Below, piece by piece: positions 61,144-64,000 of a stretch of 64,000 bases of DNA. The stretch spans positions 1,792,001 through 1,856,000 of the forward strand of contig CAWKMU010000003.1 of NCBI GenBank assembly GCA_963850905.1, written 5' to 3'. This DNA comes from an uncultured Gemmatimonadales bacterium (lineage in GTDB: Bacteria > Gemmatimonadota > Gemmatimonadetes > Gemmatimonadales > Gemmatimonadaceae). The stretch's first letter is position 1; every line of letters begins with the position of its first letter. A model generated the notes under the pieces. The model was given only the letters and a program-made list of their open reading frames with translations. It had not been told where the DNA came from and searched no databases. Made by a program: the position numbers and the translations under genes.

Positions 61144-61286
61144 AAGCACGGCCAGGGGAGAGAGCAGGCAACAGCGGGCGGCACGTCGAGATGTCCGCGA
61201 TTCGTTTGGAGGGAGTGGCAATGCTGATCTACCGTGCGCCGCGCGCCGTCCGCGTACATACTGCGCTGGCGCAGTCACGCCGTCGA

Positions 61287-61694
61287 ATGGCCTCGTACCG
61301 AATATCCATTGCGCTGGCATCGGCTGCGATCACGCTCGGAGCGTGTACATACTCGTCGAGTCCGCCCAGTAATCCCATCATCGGGTTCCAGCCCCAAAGC
61401 ATTACGCTCACGACCGTCCCGGGCGGGACCGCCAAGGGCGCTGTCTCCGTGGTCAACGTTGTCGGGACCGAGCTCGCGGGCCTCACCACGTCAGTCGGCC
61501 CCTACACCGGCAACGGAGCAAACTGGCTCACCGTGGACCTGGCTGGGGGTAATGCACCCACACCGCTCAATCTCTCGGCCAACGCGGTCAACCTCACCGC
61601 GGGGAGCTACGCCGCGACGGTAAATGTGACTGCTTTCGACGCGAGGCCGCCGACGTCCACGCTCACGGTTCATTTGAACGTCATTCAGCCCTGA
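61287..61694 (+). CDS. Lipoprotein with BACON/Ig-like domain
   Basis: TLGAC lipobox; ANWLTV and LTAGSYAATVNV. Confidence 0.75.
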   Translation: MASYRISIALASAAITLGACTYSSSPPSNPIIGFQPQSITLTTVPGGTAKGAVSVVNVVGTELAGLTTSVGPYTGNGANWLTVDLAGGNAPTPLNLSANAVNLTAGSYAATVNVTAFDARPPTSTLTVHLNVIQP

Positions 61695-61743
61695 GGGGTC
61701 GGAAAGGGCAACGACCGGGGATCAGGATTCGGGAACGAACACC

Positions 61744-61777
61744 AAGGGCCAGTCGCAGCGCATCGCGACTGGCCCTT
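61744..61777 (+). terminator. Probable intrinsic terminator
   Basis: AAGGGCCAGTCGC / GCGACTGGCCCTT stem, followed by a short T-rich run. Confidence 0.65.
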
Positions 61778-61784
61778 TCGATTT

Positions 61785-62696
61785 GTGCTCGAGCCCGATA
61801 GTTGCCTTACCCGCTACTGGCGAGCACAGGGATTCGCCTTAGCCTTCCCTAGTCGTTCGGACTCAACCTTCACCCCGACCCCTTTGTCCCTCTGTCAATC
61901 GCTTGCGGCCATCGGCCTGACGCTGTTTGCTGTGAATGCTCGGTCGTCATCCGCGCAAGCAACCTCAACCGAGCCACTCCCTTCCGGTACAGCTGATCTA
62001 TCGGCGCAGCCTCCTGCGCCCGCGCCACCGAAGCCGGCGCCTCCGCCGTGGGTCCTTTTTCACGCGGACCTGGGCTTCATCAACACGTCTGGCAACACAC
62101 ACGTGAGCACGCTGAACGCGTCCGACGCCCTGGCGGTTTGGACCAGCCACGCCAACAAGATCAGTCAGGACTTCGGCACGACCTACGGCGAAGTCTCCGA
62201 CAAGGTCCAGACGAGTTTGTGGACGGCGAGCCTGCGCGATGACTACACGTTCACGCCGACGGTTGGCCTCTATGCTCGATTCGGGTTCGATCGAAACGTG
62301 TTCGCCGGGATCGAGCAGCGGTTCGAGCAGGGCATCGGCGCCGCATTCGTTCCGGTGAACGCCGGCCGGAACCGGCTCGAGATCGACCTTGGCGCGTCGT
62401 ACGTCGAACAACGGTCCACCGCAGCGGTAGAGCTCAACTACCCCGCAGGCCGTGGCGCGGTCGTCTACCGATACACGTTCGCCAAGGATGCCTACTTCCA
62501 GCAATCGGTGGACGATCTCTCCGACCTGAACCGATTGTCGAACTCGCTCATTAACTCGGAGACGGACCTCGTCGCGCCGCTGTCCCGGCACATCGCGATC
62601 AAGGTCGGTTACCAAATCCGCTACTCAAACGAACCGCCGCCCGGCTTCAAGACGACGGACCGGCTGTTGAGCACGGATCTGCAGGTCAATATTTGA
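61785..62696 (+). CDS. DUF481-family outer membrane beta-barrel protein
   Basis: DLGFINTSGNT, DRNVFAG and PPPGFKTTD. True start possibly TTG 61884. Confidence 0.82.
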   Translation: MLEPDSCLTRYWRAQGFALAFPSRSDSTFTPTPLSLCQSLAAIGLTLFAVNARSSSAQATSTEPLPSGTADLSAQPPAPAPPKPAPPPWVLFHADLGFINTSGNTHVSTLNASDALAVWTSHANKISQDFGTTYGEVSDKVQTSLWTASLRDDYTFTPTVGLYARFGFDRNVFAGIEQRFEQGIGAAFVPVNAGRNRLEIDLGASYVEQRSTAAVELNYPAGRGAVVYRYTFAKDAYFQQSVDDLSDLNRLSNSLINSETDLVAPLSRHIAIKVGYQIRYSNEPPPGFKTTDRLLSTDLQVNI

Positions 62697-62701
62697 GAGA
62701 C

Positions 62702-62816
62702 TGGACGTTGGACGTTAGACGTTGGGCGTTAGAGACCAACCCCCAGGCTAGCTGCGGTGCATCCAGCTTGCCTCGAGGTTTCTTTCCAACGTCTAACTTC
62801 CAACGTCTAACGTCCA
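62702..62816. repeat. Heptamer tandem repeats in inverted arrangement (TRGACGT / ACGTCYA)
   Basis: About 4.5 copies at 62702-62733 and about 4.5 complementary copies at 62785-62816. Confidence 0.8.
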
Positions 62817-62823
62817 CCTTTTC

Positions 62824-63375
62824 ATGAAGCTTCGCGTCAGTCGCACCGAGGATCGCCGGTACACGACGACGGTTCTGCGGTCCGACGGGTTGACGGTGGC
62901 GCTCGGCGGGCAGGGCTTTGCGCATCGCCTGCCGCGGGACCTCGCACACTTCGCCGTCGAGGAGACACTGGAGCTGCGACACGGCCTCTGGGGGAGTGTC
63001 GCGGCCGGCGCGCTTCCGCCGGGAGCTCGATTCGGCGAAGGCCAGCCGCCGCCAGGCGCGATCGAAAAGTCGGCCGCGATCGCGGAGTCGACAGCGCAAC
63101 TCGTGGGTGAGGCGCGCGCGCTGGTCGCCGCCTTTGATGAGATCATCGAGCAGCGTCTCGAGGCGCGGTGGCCGCAGGTCGACCCGTCGCTGCAAAGCTT
63201 GAGCACGCGCCGCGGCGCGCGGCTCGTGCCGCTGACCAAGACCGATGTTGCGCGGGTAGCTGTCGCGTGGCGCGAGCTACAGTCGCGCTGGGATCAGGTG
63301 CCGCTGGGCGGTGCGCTCGACCTCGAGTGGAAAGCCCCACTGATGAGCGGCGGGTGGCCGGCGATCAAGAAATGA
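62824..63375 (+). CDS. Hypothetical protein
   Basis: LPRDLAHFAVE..L.LRHGLWGSVAAGA, a family-like motif of unknown function. Confidence 0.7.
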   Translation: MKLRVSRTEDRRYTTTVLRSDGLTVALGGQGFAHRLPRDLAHFAVEETLELRHGLWGSVAAGALPPGARFGEGQPPPGAIEKSAAIAESTAQLVGEARALVAAFDEIIEQRLEARWPQVDPSLQSLSTRRGARLVPLTKTDVARVAVAWRELQSRWDQVPLGGALDLEWKAPLMSGGWPAIKK

Positions 63376-63405
63376 ACATTCCGTCCGATAGCCACCGGGA
63401 GGATC

Positions 63406-64000
63406 TCACGACGCGAGCGTGGAAGTAGCGGCGTCGGCGACGAGCGTGTCTGGCGGCTGAATGCCGGAGGGGCCGGGCAGCGTGCGGCGGCGAGCATCGC
63501 TGCCGCGCGGGAGGGTCAGGGTAAACACGGACCCTTGGCAGGTTTCGCTTTGCACGGTGAGATCACCATCCATGCTGCGGGCGAGGTCCCGACTGATGGC
63601 GAGACCGAGACCGACGCCCTCACCGCTGAGTTGTCGCTCCACCTGGACGAAGGGCTCGAAGATCCGGGACAGGTGCTCAGGCGCAATGCCGCGACCGGTG
63701 TCGGCCACGATGACGCGCAGGTGACCATCGCCCGTCTCGCAGCGCAACTCGACGCGGCCCCCTGACGCCGTGAACTTGACGGCGTTCGACAAGAGGTTGA
63801 CCACGATCTGCAGGGCCCTGTCATGGTCGGCGAGCGCGCGGATGCTGCTGTCGCAACGGGCGCGGACGAGCGTGAGCCCTTTCGCACGCGCCTGCACTTC
63901 CATCATCGCCACCGCGGCCGCGAGCATTTCGTCGACTGGGACGGGGGTGCGCTCGATGTGGACCTGCCCGGCATCCAGGCGCGCGAAAGTCAGCAGGTCG
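63406..64000 (-). CDS. Sensor histidine kinase, C-terminal HATPase part (5' end beyond window)
   Basis: Open to the edge (DLLTFARLDAG); NLLSNAVKFT, DTGRGI, FEPF and GVGLGL. Confidence 0.92.
   Translation of the reverse strand, partial: DLLTFARLDAGQVHIERTPVPVDEMLAAAVAMMEVQARAKGLTLVRARCDSSIRALADHDRALQIVVNLLSNAVKFTASGGRVELRCETGDGHLRVIVADTGRGIAPEHLSRIFEPFVQVERQLSGEGVGLGLAISRDLARSMDGDLTVQSETCQGSVFTLTLPRGSDARRRTLPGPSGIQPPDTLVADAATSTLAS

Noticed and set aside
62702..62816. CRISPR array
   Set aside because: The units are 7-nt tandem repeats without unique spacers, and no cas genes are present.

Overview
This is a high-GC bacterial chromosomal window. Gene content suggests Gemmatimonadota (inference from SusC/SusD, ADOP permease, kinase-TPR, ECF/FecR pairs, Bor lipoprotein and GTAG REPs). 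It holds about 45 CDS, and I see no rRNA, tRNA, CRISPR array or transposase. From left to right: a SusC/SusD locus followed by two S9-like serine hydrolases and an esterase; signalling and stress genes; ggt; ECF/FecR; hydrolases; a KimA-like transporter; Crp; a Ser/Thr kinase; kdgK-mog-sigma54 activator; a more AT-rich signalling island; secreted proteins; a second ECF-FecR system; and small stress genes. The best candidate for an undescribed system is 40771-46740: a conserved hypothetical gene, an unannotated 29-aa peptide ORF with a strong RBS (42060-42149), a multi-TM HD-GYP phosphodiesterase and a convergent BTAD-AAA-TPR regulator. Together these resemble a peptide-sensing cyclic-dinucleotide module. 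Other notable items are two S9 paralogs that keep the catalytic Ser but lack the canonical Asp and His, a barrel-less STN-plug-TonB_C protein behind ECF-FecR, and a secreted tail-tube-like/OmpA-like fusion. At least seven +1 insertions break five genes and are most likely long-read errors. All family calls come from motif recognition, not database searches.
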